Under the pieces are notes generated by a model. That model did not search any database. It had not been told where the DNA came from and saw nothing but the letters and a program-made list of their open reading frames with translations. Shown here piece after piece: positions 51,011 through 63,601 of a stretch of 64,000 nucleotides of DNA. This DNA is from Camelus dromedarius (lineage: Eukaryota): positions 11,718,001 to 11,782,000 of the forward strand of contig NC_087436.1 of NCBI RefSeq assembly GCF_036321535.1, read 5' to 3'. Position numbers and translations under genes: made by a program. The first letter of the stretch is position 1, and each line of letters opens with the position of its first letter.

Positions 51011-51112
51011 ACAACCTTTGTGTCCAGAACACAACCTTTGATGAACCTTTGATGAACAGACTGACTATCCAGGACTTAACAGAAGTGGCCCGTACTCCTT
51101 CATCTTTGGTCT

Positions 51113-51297
51113 CAGAGGGTCTCAGTTGCCTTTTTTTTTTTTTTTTCTAAAGGACCATAGGATAGTTATCTTTGGTTCAGAGGTAGTACAAAAGCAGCCA
51201 CAGATAATATGCTAATGAAGAGTTGTGGCTGGGTTCCAGTAAACCTTTATTTACAGAAAGCAGATGGCTGGACCATGGACTGTGTTGTTGAACCCTG
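51113..51297 (+). mobile_element. MER58-type MITE remnant
   Basis: AAAGCAGCCACAGATAATATGCTAATGAA...TGTGGCTGGGTTCCAGTAAACCTTTATTTACA...ACCCTG. Confidence 0.75.
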
Positions 51298-51859
51298 ACC
51301 TAGACTATTCCAGAGACTTTTTGGCAGAATTGTTCTTGAATCATCCTAGATGTGTAAAATCTGTTTTAAAATCCATCTTTGAACCAAGGAAAGAACTTTC
51401 CTAATCCCTTTCAGAATCTCTGCCCTAGTTCCGACAGCCCTGTGGTCATCTGCATGCTCACGTACATCCTAGAGTTGTGGCAGTTCAGTTCCTCCTGCCC
51501 CCTTCAGTGGACCTAAAAAAGACTTAGGTCCTAAGCCTTATTTAATATTTCCTCACATTGTAATGACTACTGTTGTCAGACTGCTGGCTTCTGTTGTGAA
51601 GGAAAATAATTGTGTTCTTTAATATAGCATTCTTTTTTTCCAACCAATATAAGCTTTGTGACTTTTTCTGAATCTAATTCTAATTCCCACAGTGGTCTTT
51701 GGTTTTGTAACCTTGTTTACGTAGCAATCTAAATGGTAATAAATCTGCAAATCATGGATGAAAGGGATGCTTTTGTAAAGAGCCAGGATAAACCTTCTCA
51801 GTTGTGTGGACACTTGGCATTTTTCGGAGTGACAGCCCAGCACAGTGAGGGAGTCTATT

Positions 51860-52090
51860 TTTGGGATAAAAAGACCCGAGTCTGGATTCTAGTGTTGCAA
51901 CTTGCTAACAAAGTAATCTTGAGCAATTCATTTTACTTGGTTTCCATTTCCTTCCCTATCAAGTGGGATTCCTCATCCCGGGTCTGCACATCCCTGGAGG
52001 CTTGTTAAGGTAAAGTGATGATCAAATATGAGAATTACGTGTGAAAACACTCTGCTAACTGAGGAGCACTCTATGAATATAATGTTATTT
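51860..52090 (+). mobile_element. MIR remnant
   Basis: AGACCCGAGTCTGGATTCTAG...TAATCTTGAGCAATTCATTTTAC...TTTCCTTCCCTATCAAGTGGGAT...GTGTGAAAACACT. Confidence 0.55.
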
Positions 52091-52643
52091 TTTTCTACTT
52101 GCTTCCCTTAATCTACGTGTGCTACAGACGTGGTGTACAAAAATTACTCACTATCTGTATTTCTTTAAAGTTTACCATTTTCCTAGCTAAGAATGAGCAG
52201 CCTGCAGTCTGAGTAAAACCAGCTCATCTGCTTTGTTCAGTGTGAACTGCACTCTGGGAGGGGTGTGCGCCCTGTCCTCTGTGTAGTCCCACGTGGCGGG
52301 CTGGGTGGCCTGGTCACCGCATGAGGCCGACTTCTGGGCCTGGACTTCCACGTGCCCCCAGGGCTCACCCTCCACGGGGGCCTCTCTCCTCCTGCTCCCT
52401 CTGTACCTGACTTGCTCCCCTTCCTGTCTGCCCTTTGCTCACCTGGCTGCAATGAGAACCTTGGGGCAGTTTGGTTTCCTCAGCTGAGGCTGAGCGGCTC
52501 CCTCTGCTCCCAGTCCAGACCCCTGCCCATCTGTGGGTGGAGGTTGGAGGGGAAGGACCTTGAACCAGTGGCTCTAATTCTGGGCATCGGGAAAGACCCC
52601 GCCTTGCATTGGGAGTTCTGTATTATTATGTAGCTTCACCTTT

Positions 52644-52724
52644 GTTTTGTTCTTGTTGTTGTTTATTGAAGTGTAGTTGATTTACAATGTTAGTTTCAGG
52701 TGTACAGCAAAGCGATTCAGTTAT
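52644..52724 (-). mobile_element. ~80-bp L1 3' terminal fragment with TSD
   Basis: TTTATTGAAGTGTAGTTGATTTACAATGTTAGTTTCAGGTGTACAGCAAAGCGATTCAGTTAT; flanks TTATTATGTAGCTTCACCTTT (52623-52643) and TTATTACGTGGCTTCACCTTT|AA (52721-52741). Confidence 0.9.
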
Positions 52725-53234
52725 TACGTGGCTTCACCTTTAAAGCTTTAAAGCTCTGCCATCAAGCAGTCTTCAGGTTAGTGTATGATGTTTTCACTCT
52801 GCCTAAAACACCCCTAGATGTTTCATCTGTTTCCTATCAAAACACATTTAGAGACTAACGTTACGCATTATTGGGCTGGAGTTTTCCAAAGCCCAGCCAA
52901 TTCCTAGTTAGTCTATTTTAGACACAGTCCAGTGTGAAATGGACTTTAGTAATTTATGTAATGGTCTTTTTTTTTTTTTTTGAACCTCAGTTGAAGTATT
53001 ATCACAGAGAAGTACAGGGATTAAAAAGACTTTGTTTTAAACAGTAAAACAGTAACAGTTTTAAAAGTAAAAAAAAAAAGACTTTGTTTTGACATTTAGA
53101 CATATAGAGGAATGTAACTTTCACTAGTTATTATTCTCTGGCTATTTTTTGTGTTTAAAATTGGTCTGATTTTGGCACTCTGGTATTTCAAGAGATCATT
53201 TAGGTTGGACACTGTATTGAAATTCTTGAATCAA

Positions 53235-53560
53235 GTGATAGCCCAACTCTAGGGAAAAAGAGAATGTATTGGTTCACAGAATTAACAAGTCCCAGGAAAG
53301 ATCTACCTTCAGGCATGGCTGGATCAGAGTGAAAGTGAGATTCCCGAGGACTTGTCATGGGGATTGCTGTTTTCCATGCTGTTTCTTTCCCAGACAGGCA
53401 TGTCTCTTAGAAGGAAAAGTTCTCACAAAAGTCCTTAATTAAGTCTTATTGGTCTGGCTTGGGTCACATGCTATATCTGAAATAGTTTGGTCAGAGAGGT
53501 GAAGTTTGCTGCTTGACTAAGGTTGGGGCATGTGGACTGAGAATGGAGGAAATCATGGTA
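53235..53560. mobile_element. Old MaLR LTR remnant (MLT1J/K/L-like)
   Basis: GAATGTATTGGTTCACA...CTTCAGGCATGGCTGGATC; ATTGGTCTGGCTTGGGTCACATGC. Confidence 0.55.
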
Positions 53561-53799
53561 GTTACTGAGCAAATGTTAATTCTGAACTGGCAGAAGCATC
53601 AGATGTCCACTTCAGATACCATTTAAGTCATATTTTTAGGCATCTTTGTTTAGGGCCTGGATCCTGTATGAACCAATTCTATTCTTCCAGCCTCCCTGCA
53701 CCTGAGGTTGTTGTTTTCTGAGAGACTGCAGATGATGGGAGGATTAAACTGAGACTTTTTGGTCCATTCTTGTTAAAAGTAAAAAGAGAGTTTGCTAGA

Positions 53800-54395
53800 T
53801 CATGGAGCTATAGCTAGAGCGGTGCTGTTTGGCTCTTGAGGTCATCATGTCTAAGAGAAGACATGTAAACATATACATTCAAGGTGATACAATATTTACT
53901 ATGATATCATCATGCATTGGGTATTATGGGAGGAAAATCTTACAGCCAATCTGGGAGCACGGGGTGGAGTGTGGAAAGAATTCAGGTGAGATTTTCTGTA
54001 GGAGCTAACATCTGAGCTGAATCCTGAATTATGAGTCAGAGTTTCTGGATGAAGAAGTGGGGAACAAGGAATCCAGGCAGAAGGCACTGCAAGTGCACGT
54101 ATCTGGAGACGTGATAGAGCATCGTGTGTGTGGGGAGCTGCAGATGATATAACACTGCTTGAGGGTGAAGCATGCATCCAGGAGGCATTGGAGGGGTAGC
54201 TGAGGACCAGCTATTGGAAATCAACGTAACCTACCTAGAGTTTAGATCAAGTTCAAATGCAAAAGAATAGAGACTTTATCCTGTGAAAGCTAAGGCGGTT
54301 TTGAGGGAGCCCACTTAGGGGAAGGTAGACTGACGGGTGACCATGTCGGGGATGAATGAGGCAGGGTCAGCTCTGGAGGTAGAAGACCCTAGGAG
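53800..54395 (-). mobile_element. Decayed L2 (antisense)
   Basis: ACATCTGAGCTGAATCCTGAA...TCCAGGCAGAAGGCACTGCAAGTGCA...GACTTTATCCTGT...GACCCTAGGAGGCTGT. Confidence 0.65.
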
Positions 54396-54399
54396 GCTG

Positions 54400-54985
54400 T
54401 TTTTTTTTTTTAATTTTTTAATTGACATCTACTCAGTTTACAATATGTCAATTTCTGGTGTACAGCATAATGTTTCTGTCATACATGAACATACATATAT
54501 TCCTTTTCATATTCTTTTTCATTATAGGTTACAAGATACTGAATATAGTTCCCTGTGCTATACAGTATGAACTTGTTGTTTATCTGTTTTATATATAGTA
54601 GTTAGTATCTGCAAATCTTGAACTCCTAATTTATCCCTTCCCACCCCTTTCCCCCCTGTTAACTGTAGATTTGTTTTCTATGTCTGTGAGTGTGTTTCTG
54701 TTTTATAAATAAGTTCATTTGTGTCTTTTTCTTTTTTTTTTTAGATTCCACATATGAGTGATATCATATAGTATTTTTCTTTCTCTTTCTGGCTTACTTC
54801 ACTTAGAATGACAATCTCCAGGTCCATCCATGTTGCTGCAAATGGCATTATGTTGTCGGTTTTTATGGCTGAATAGTATTCCATTGTATAAATACACCGC
54901 ATCTTCTTTATCCAGTCATCTGTTGATGGACATTTAGGCTGTTTCCCTGTCTTGGCTAATGTAAATAGCGTCGAGCATCTTTTTT
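54400..54985 (-). mobile_element. Camelid-type L1 3' end (~0.58 kb)
   Basis: Poly-T, then CAGTTTACAATATGTCAATTTCTGGTGTACAGCATAATG...GATTCCACATATGAGTG...GATGGACATTTAGGCTGTTTCC. Confidence 0.94.
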
Positions 54986-57900
54986 GTGATGGTCAATGTG
55001 TTGGGATCCTAATAATGAACAAGACAATCATAATCCCTGCTCACGTGCTCCCTGCAGTCTAGTGGGGAAGCCAAGTGGATAATTTGAATGGGTAGTTTCC
55101 AACATGATGAGTGTTGCAAAATCACTAAAATAAGCAGGGTTTAAAAAGATAAAACAGGTCTAACACAGTTCTGAGGGTCCATTCTGGCTTCAAGGCTCAG
55201 GAGCACCAGGACTGTAAAGGTCCATGCCGGTTGCTGTGACGGGGTCACACGTGGAACTGATCTTGGGCTTCGGGGGCCTCATGGATGGCAGAGTCTGTAA
55301 TGGAGTTCGAGCAGTGCTTACTCAAAGCATGAGCCCCAGCAGCTGAAAGCAGAGGCAGAGACTGACCTCCAGTGTGAAGACGAGCCCCTTTACTGTCGGA
55401 TGACTTGGTGCAAGGCGCCCCTGACTAACACGTATCCTGGTGTTTTAAAAGAGTAAGTGTATTTTTCAGAGGTGTCTGATTTGTAGCCAGGAAGGGGATT
55501 AAATCGTCAGAGAATCTGGCTCATATTTCTGACTTAGAAAAAGGGGAGTAATGAGAAACACTTCATTTGCCTGGTTCATTAAAGATGTTTTTGGATAAAT
55601 CGTCTATAAACAGCTTCATGTTTGAAAAATATCAACCTGGCAACCAGGCAACCAATTCAATATTAACAACCACCACCCCAAAAAACCCTACCCCCAAAAT
55701 AACAGGGACATAAAAATGAGTTGTCTGGTAATTGCCAAAAGGTGGCTTTGGGTTAAGCCAACTTAAAATTTGGCAAGGCAACAAAAAGATCACGTGAAAA
55801 GGGAAATGGATAAGGTAGAAGAAGAGAGGAGAAAACACAGAAACATAGAATTAGCTGGGGAAGGACAGGAGACCATGTCTTTGCTGTTAATCATTTTGAT
55901 TCAGAAGTCAAGAGGAATTCATTTCCTAGTTAAATTGTTAGAAGGAAATTATTCATGGAAGAGCCATCTGTGTTCTCTATTGCTGACTTACGCACATAGG
56001 AAAAACAACATGTTGTGACAGAAGTCTGCGGAAGCAATTTTTTATGTCACTTCAAAGATTTACTTCCATTTCAGACTTGTATCTCATGTGACAGAAAGTT
56101 CATGCTGCATTTCTCACTCTTATAAAAATTTTAGGAAAAGTAACAATACAAGGATACTGTTACTAACGAGGAGAATATAAATTTGCAGTTGCTGCTAGAA
56201 CTTTCTATGTGCCAAGGGAGTGGGGCAGCCATCTGATTAGAAAAGGCGAGCAGATTTCTTAAATTGAGAAAATGTCAGTGTCCTAGACAAAAAGATGTTG
56301 AGGTGACGAGGAACTGATGGAGTTGGGAGAGAGCTAAACCCGTCTCCAGATCAGCTCATTAACCCAATGAATCAGCAAACTGCAATTCGCTTGTTTATAG
56401 ATTTATTCTTCTACTTTCCAGAATTTTTTAGATTTTAATACCTTAGTTCAAAGGCTATCGTTTACATAATATAGTTGTGCTGTTATATAGCTTCACGTAA
56501 GACTTCCCCATCAGACTTTCTTGCTTTGTTTAGTTTTCCTGCCAAAACCACTGTGCGTTTTCTGTTTTTTTTCTCTCTGTGTGTTTGTGTGTGTTCTGTT
56601 TTTGTTCTCCGTGTATCCTCTCCAAGTTTTAAACATGCTCCTCATGCTGTGATGTCTTTAACCAGGACGGCTCCTAGTGTTTTCATCAGTGCTGAATCCC
56701 TGGGAGGCTGGAAGATTGGGGGTTTTAAAGTTAAGCTTCATCAGCATAGAAGATAACTTTGTCTCTTTACTCATCATCCAGAAGTCAGATCAGTTTGTGC
56801 TAACCCCTTTTATAGCACAGGTGTGGGCAAATGGGAGTATTACCCAGGTATTCATTTGCAGCAGAAATGAACCAAGGGGTAAGTTTCAGAATTCCCCCAG
56901 CTACAGCCGTACCCCCTCCTAGGCTATGGTTTCTGGAACAGTGGTGTGACTTGCAGGGTTTTTGGAAATGTCACTGATTTCATGATTCATATGAACACCA
57001 CAGGAATGAACTACAGTTCATTTCTATAATAATTTATATACTTTAAGCCTTTACAGGACTTCTCCCCCTTATGCCCTCCCAACTGAACTCCTTTATAATG
57101 TCACAGCGACCCACAGTAATTACTTACATCAGTGCTGGGGGGATTCCAAGGAGCGACCAAGCAAGCACGACCACCTCTTTCTCTGTATCTCCAATGGGAA
57201 AATGCTTGCCTTGAGGGGTTTTTCTCAGGGACCTGTGAGTCCTTGATAAGCCCTGGCTACCAGGTATCTCACAGCCCTCTCTGGCCTCAGGTCTTCTTGG
57301 TTCCCAGCAAGGCTACTGCGCTCGTCATTAATCCTTGGGATCCCTTGCACTCTCAAGAGTCCTGATTTGGTTGGTCTTTAATGGCCCAAATGCATGAGGA
57401 TTGTGCATCTGGAGAACTGAAGCAACTTGCACAAGAGGTGGCTCGTGTGTATCCTGAACTCACAGAGGAGCCTGATCGGTAGCACCGGGTGGACCTCAGC
57501 TTCCCTGGGAAAGAGGCCATCGCAGCGACTCAGCTCTGTTTTGCTAAAGAATGAGGCCATCTTTTAAATATCCTGTCCAGCCCTGACTCTGGAGCAGGCC
57601 ACTGTGGTCCTTGAACTTTTAGGGCATTCACACTCAAGCCAGTACCGTAGACTCTCTAATGCTGTGTTCCAAGTAGCGGGCTAGAACCAGTAACTGTAAC
57701 TTTCAGGATGGGTGTTTTTCCATAATGGTTTCAGTTACTCCCAATTATTTAACCCATCATATTTGGGCTTTCTTTACGAATCTTTTAAGTTTCCTTTGGC
57801 TCCAAGTCCACTTAGAATGTTGAGTTTGACTTTGATCGCTAGCTGGAGGATGTGGGTTAAGGTGGAGGACCTGTGGGTGGTTATTTTGACCAAATCGAAA

Positions 57901-58310
57901 TGACCACTGTTGCTTCCATTCTCCTGCTGCTGCCCCAAGTTGTGGACACAGACACCTTCAAAGTGACTTTTACAAATGGTTCTAATCATGATCGATCATC
58001 TCTTCTGCTAAAAAAAAAAGGGGAGGGGGTAATTCTTATTATTTAAATAGCATTTCTGGTTTGGCAGAACCTTTAAAATTTTCCCACTAAGGAAAGTTTC
58101 TTTCCACAGCAAAACAATGGGTTTTTATTCCAAAATAAAACTGTAGCCTGTGCTAGCCGTACTACGTCCAAATTTCCCTCCAGGACGACTCAGACCTTTC
58201 TTTGTGCAGTGTAAATAAACTCAGCCTACAGGGAGTTCGCACAAAAAGCACCAGATTCAGTTTTCAGATTGTAACTAACAAACAAACAAACAAAAACAAA
58301 GGAGTTAGTC

Positions 58311-58485
58311 CTGCGTTCTCCAATAAAGCAGCCACGTACAGCTATTTAAATTTAAATTAGGTGTGGTTAAAAATCCAGTCCTCGGCTGCACTAGCCACAT
58401 TCCAGGTGCCCTGGTGCTGTTATTGTACTGGACAGCGCAGATACACAAAACTGCCACCAGCACAGAAAGTCCTACTGGACTGCGG
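58311..58485. mobile_element. MER3/MER33-type hAT-Charlie remnant
   Basis: GCTATTTAAATTTAAATTA...TGCACTAGCCACATTCCAGGTGC...TACTGGACAGCGCAG...CACAGAAAGTCCTACTGGAC. Confidence 0.75.
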
Positions 58486-59049
58486 TCGCGTAGAGGGACA
58501 GCCAGACCTTGTGCAAACACTGGTTTTATTCTCTGGTGAGAGTACAGTTGAGTCAACCTGCTGCGGAGAGTGGCTCTGATTCTGAGCTGGTGGGTCAGAG
58601 CTCTTGGGGAAGCCCTTGTATATTACTTTGAAGAAGAGCAGTGGATCCTAAAAGTGGTCCCAGAACTCAGAATCTGGGGTCGGGGAGACTTTAAAGTTTC
58701 ATGAAGGTACGGTCTACATCTGCTTTGTTTTCTGTTGTAACCCAGGGCCTGGCTCATAGTAGACACTCAGTAAACACTTCTGTGAGTGAGTAAATGATAA
58801 AGCTCAGCAAAGACCAATGAAAGGGGTCCTAACCACAAAAGCGTGGGCCTCTCTTGGGGTTCGGCTCGTTTGGAAGGTCCTCTGGGAACTGTGAGAAGGA
58901 GCAGGTGAGAGTCATGGGGAATGTCTTCCGTGAAGAAGTCAGAACAAAGAATAGAGCAGACAGTTGCTGAGTGGTTCCTCCTTTTCCTTCTCTTCCTCCT
59001 TCTCCTCTCTTGTCCCCCCTCCTCCCTATCATTATCATCATTACCAAAT

Positions 59050-59300
59050 AGCTAAGCTTTGGAGGGGCATTTATTACATGCAAGGCACTATTCTAACAAC
59101 TTTTAATGGATTTTTAAATTTAATCTTTCCAGTAACCCTGTGAAGAAGGTATTGTTTTTCCTGCATGCAAGTCGAGGAAACTGAGGTACAGAGGCTGAAT
59201 AACTTGGCCACAGTCTCCCAGCTGGTAGACGGTGGAACACAGAGAGAAATCTAGCCTGTCTGACTCTAGAGCTCGCATTTTTAACCACTAGGAGAGGTAC
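59050..59300 (-). mobile_element. MIR SINE
   Basis: GAGGAAACTGAGGTACAGAGGCTGAATAACTTGGCCACAGTC...TGTCTGACTCTAGAGC...TTAACCACT. Confidence 0.8.
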
Positions 59301-59569
59301 TGCACCTTCTTAAGTCAGCAACCCATCTGGGTTTGAAACTTACTAGAAGAAATGACTGTTGATTGAGGTGGAGCATTGGGGGTGATAATGGCCACGTGGG
59401 GAGAGACCACAGCCACTGTCACTGCTGCCTTCTATTGCATCCGCACTCCTCCTACCCCATCTGGGGAGGGAAAATTCATCTTGAGCTGCAGCAGTGTCCA
59501 ACTACACTAGCCATGGAATGGTATAGCAACTGAAGAATGAAATCTTACTATTTAAACTTAAATAACTTT

Positions 59570-60910
59570 GTTTTTTTCTTTCCTTATTTCTTAACATGAG
59601 ATCTACCCTCTTAACAGGTTTTTAAGTGCACAGTACAGCCTTGTTAACTATAAGCACAATGTTGTGCAGCAGAGCTCCACGACTTACTTATTTTGCAATA
59701 ACTGAAATTCTATATGCAGCTCTGCATTTCCCCTCCATCAGCCCCTGGCAGGCACCACTCTGTTCTTTGCTTCTATGAGTCTATTTTGGATACCTCATGT
59801 AAGTGGAATCATGTAATATTTGTCCTTCTGAAAGTGGCTTATTTCACTTAACATAGTGTCCTCAAGTTTCATCCATGTTGTCACGTATGACAGGATTTCC
59901 TTCTTTTTAAAGGCTGAATAATATTCCACTGCATGTATATACCACATTTTTTTTTAATCCATTCACCTCTCAGTGTTCACTTAGGTTGTTTTGATATTTG
60001 GCTATTGTGAATAGTGCTGCAATTCACAATATCTCAAAGGTATCTCTTTATCTCAAATACCTCTTTGAGGTCGTGATCTTCAGTTCTTTCGGGAGTAGGA
60101 TAGCTGGATCAAATGGCAGTTCTATTTTTAACTTTCTGAGATACCTCCATACTGTTTTCCATAGAGGCTGCGTCATTTTAAATCCCCACCAACAGTGTAC
60201 GAGGGTTCCAATTTCTCCACGTTCTCACCAACACTTGTCATCTTTCTTTTTTTGATAATAGCCATCTATCTGTGCTATAACAATACCACAGACTGGGTTG
60301 GTTACATTTATTTCTTGAGTTCTGGAAGCTGGAAGTTCTAGCTCAGGGTGGCAGTGTGGTGGGGTGAGGGCCCCCCTCTGGGTCACAGACTTCCCATTGT
60401 GTCCTCACGTGGTGGGAGGGGCTAGGGAGCTCTGTGGGGTCTCTTTTTAAAAAGCCCTAATCCCATTCGTGAAGACGTGAGGGCTCATGATTTAACCACC
60501 TACCAAATAAACCACCCCCACCTCCTAATATAGTACATTGGGAATTAATATTTCAACATAATTTTGAAGGGACACAAATATCCAAACCACAGCACCATCC
60601 AGATAGGTGTAAGGTGATATTTTATTGGGGTTTTGATTTGCATTTCTCTCATGATTAATGAATTTGAGCATCGTTTCATATACCTGTTGACCACTTGTAT
60701 GTCTTTAAGAGGAGTGTCTATTCAAGTCTTTAGCCCATTTTTTGCCACTGAGTTGTAGAAATTCCTTTATTTTCAAAATAACCCCCTTATCAGTATGGTT
60801 TGCAAATCTTCTCTCCCATCCCATGGCTGCCTTTTCACTCTGTGAATTGTTCCCTTTGTTGTGCAGAAACTCTTCAATTTGATGTAGTCCCGCTTATTTT
60901 CCCCTTTGTT
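59570..60910 (-). mobile_element. L1MA9-like LINE-1 3' portion, interrupted by an MLT1A LTR
   Basis: CTTAACATGAGATCTACCCTCTTAACA...TTGTTAACTATAAGCACAATGTTGT is an L1MA9-type terminus; antisense ORF2 C-terminus on both sides of the LTR. Confidence 0.9.
60267..60594 (-). mobile_element. MLT1A/MLT1A0-like MaLR solo LTR with 5-bp TSD CCATC
   Basis: GCTATAACAATACCACAGACTGGG...GTGTCCTCACGTGGTGG...CCTCCTAATA...ACAAATATCCAAACCACAGCA; CCATC at 60262-60266 and 60595-60599. Confidence 0.9.
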
Positions 60911-61149
60911 GCTTTTTTTTTTTACTAATAAAAGTTATAATGTCCGTATTTTTGGTTCTGATGGTTGTATTTCTTTTCTTCTAATACTACGTAAATTTGT
61001 TTTGTCTTTTTTTTTTCTTTTCAGGCTCAGCAGAAGTTATATTTTATTAATATTTTCTATCTTATTGGTTAATTTTTGCTTATAGCTTTGAAAATTCCTT
61101 ACTCCTACCTTCTTTTACTGATTTTGATATTTTCTTTACATTTGAAAAA

Positions 61150-62420
61150 AAAATGACAGAAAGTTAACAGCTTTTTAAAATAGTAGCAATAATAAGTTAG
61201 GTATAATAGTGGAAAAATATTCCTTTCACAATTATATACCCAGGAATAGATTTAACAAGAAAGCTGCAACTCCTGTGTGAAGAGGGATGTACAACTTTAT
61301 TGATAGGACTTAAAAAAATGGAAATTGAGTTCACAGAAAGACTTAAAACCATGAAAATAGTAATTCTTCCAAAATGAATGTGCACTTTTAATGAAACTCC
61401 AGAGTCTTCTGTTTTTGAAATGAAGGAAATTATTTTCACTTTTATGTGAAAAAAATAAATGTATCTGAATTCTAGAGAAAAATCTTGGAAGAGAAACTTA
61501 TATTGTCTTACCAGCTGTTAAAATGTGCATTTACTATGTTATCTAGTAAAAAATTATCTAATTGAAACAGCATGGTATAAAGTCCAGAAAGAAATAGCTA
61601 GTAGAACAGAAAAACATCCAGAAATAGGCTAAAGTATATATCGAAATCTAATTTGTAATAAATGTATAATTTAAATTCAAGGGAAAAATGATGTTGGCAT
61701 AATTGGCTTCCACCTTGAATAAGATAAACTATTACTTCATATATACATATATATATATATGTATATATATATGCATGTATATATACACACCTCATCATAT
61801 ATATATCTACCTCAAATATATATTTATATATGATATATAATATCATAAGTATATAAATATATATTACATATTATATGTATATATATATTTGAGGTAGAAT
61901 AAAGATCTAAATGCAAAAATCAAAATGATAAAAGTCATAGAAGAAGATTTAGGATTACTTTTGTTTAATTTTTCCTAAAAGACAGGAAGAGTCCAGATGC
62001 CATTTTTAAAAAGTTAGGTAGTTTTTGACTAACAAAATTAGGAATTTTTCTATGGGAAAATATATGGCAAAAAGTAAAAAAAAAAAAAAAAGTCTAGAGT
62101 AAGAAAATATTTGCAAAGCTGCATGATAAAGAAGAAACTTGTACTTAATATACAATGAACATCTATAAAACAATAAGAAAAATAGAAATGTGATAGAAAA
62201 ATAGACAAAGCTTGCAGTTAAGCAAGATACATAAGATGGAATGTGGATGGCCAATGGCAATGTATGAAATATATGAGAAGAATTCAACTTCTCTAATAAA
62301 AGAAATACAAACTAAAACAAGTTATTGAAATGAAAAGCAGATAATAAGCTCCATTGCTGGCCATGGTGTGGGTAGGCAGACACTTTCATATATTGCTGAT
62401 GGATGTGAGAATTGCTGTGA
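61150..62420 (+). mobile_element. Very old L1 (L1ME/MC-like) ORF2 3' remnant with internal AT-rich simple repeat (~61738-61890)
   Basis: CCAGGAATAGATTTAACAAGA, AAACAGCATGGTAT, TAAAGATCTAAATG, GAAAATATTTGCAA, AAAGAAATACAAACTAAAAC. Confidence 0.7.
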
Positions 62421-63031
62421 CCTTAAATATTCATATCCGTCTATGTAGATAGGGCTGTATAGGTTTTTATTTGTTTTGGTTTCATGCAATTTCATGTGCA
62501 ATTTTTCTGTTTGATTTTTTTGTTATTTAACTATCTTTGCAGAAAGAAATTCTTTTCTCTTGCTGGGTTTGGGATACAGTTATTTATCTTTTGAGCTGAT
62601 AAGCAGTTATAAAATCTTTTTAAGTGGGAACTGCTGATCCACATGATGATTTGTATCATTAAAGTTGAAAACAGACAGCTGTTTATTTTGTTCACCAAGA
62701 AATGTTTCAATAAGAATGTTTTTGACGAGATCTCAAACCATCCAAATACAACATCTTAAATAGCTTTAAAAAAATTGTGAATTTATCAGCAGAAACAATG
62801 ACAAGATTCAATATAATATTATGTTGACATTTTGGGATTGTAAATATGGTTTACCTGGGATCACGTGAAGTTAAGGATGATCAGTTAACATTTAGGACAG
62901 TATTTCTTTATTGTCTTTATTTCTTCATTGAAGCTATGTGGTTTATATTTTATTTAGCAAAACATTTCAATATTGTTTTTACTTGCGAATGCTTGTGGAA
63001 CATTTCTTTACATTAACATTAAAGAATCCCT

Positions 63032-63601
63032 ATGGGGATCAATAGGCACATGAAAAAATGCTCAATATCACTAATTATCAGAGAAATGCAAATCAAAACT
63101 ACAATGAGGTATCACCTCACACCAGCCAGAATGGCCATCATTCAAAAATCCACAAATGACAAATGCTGGAGAGGCTGTGGAGAAAGGGGAACCCTCCTAC
63201 ACTGCTGGTGGGAATGCAGTTTGGTGCAGCCACTATGGAAAACGGTATGGAGATTCCTCAAAAGACTAGGAATAGACTTACCATATGACCCAGGAATCCC
63301 GCTCCTGGGCTTTTATCCAGAAGGAAGAACCCTACTTCAGGATGACACCTGCACCCCAATGTTCATAGCAGCACTATTTACAATAGCCAAGACATGGAAA
63401 CAGCCTAAATGTCCATCAACAGGTGACTGGATAGAGAAGAAGTGGTATATTTATACAATGGAATACTATTCAGCCATAAAAACCAACAACATAACGCCAT
63501 TTGCAGCAACATGGATGCTCCTAGAGAATATCATTCTAAGTGAAATAAGCCAGAAAGAGAAAGAAAAATACCATATGAGATCACTCATATGTGGAATCTA
63601 A
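63032..63601 (+). pseudogene. Open L1 ORF2 C-terminal fragment (189 aa) including the CCHC zinc knuckle
   Basis: [18 protein letters not shown] motif; stop-free to the natural ORF2 end ...SLICGI*; the ATG lies in the left TSD. Confidence 0.85.

Noticed and set aside
57381..57482. Protein-looking 33-aa sORF MAQMHEDCASGELKQLAQEVARVYPELTEEPDR
   Set aside because: Very short, weak Kozak -3 position, no splice or promoter context, no recognised homology.
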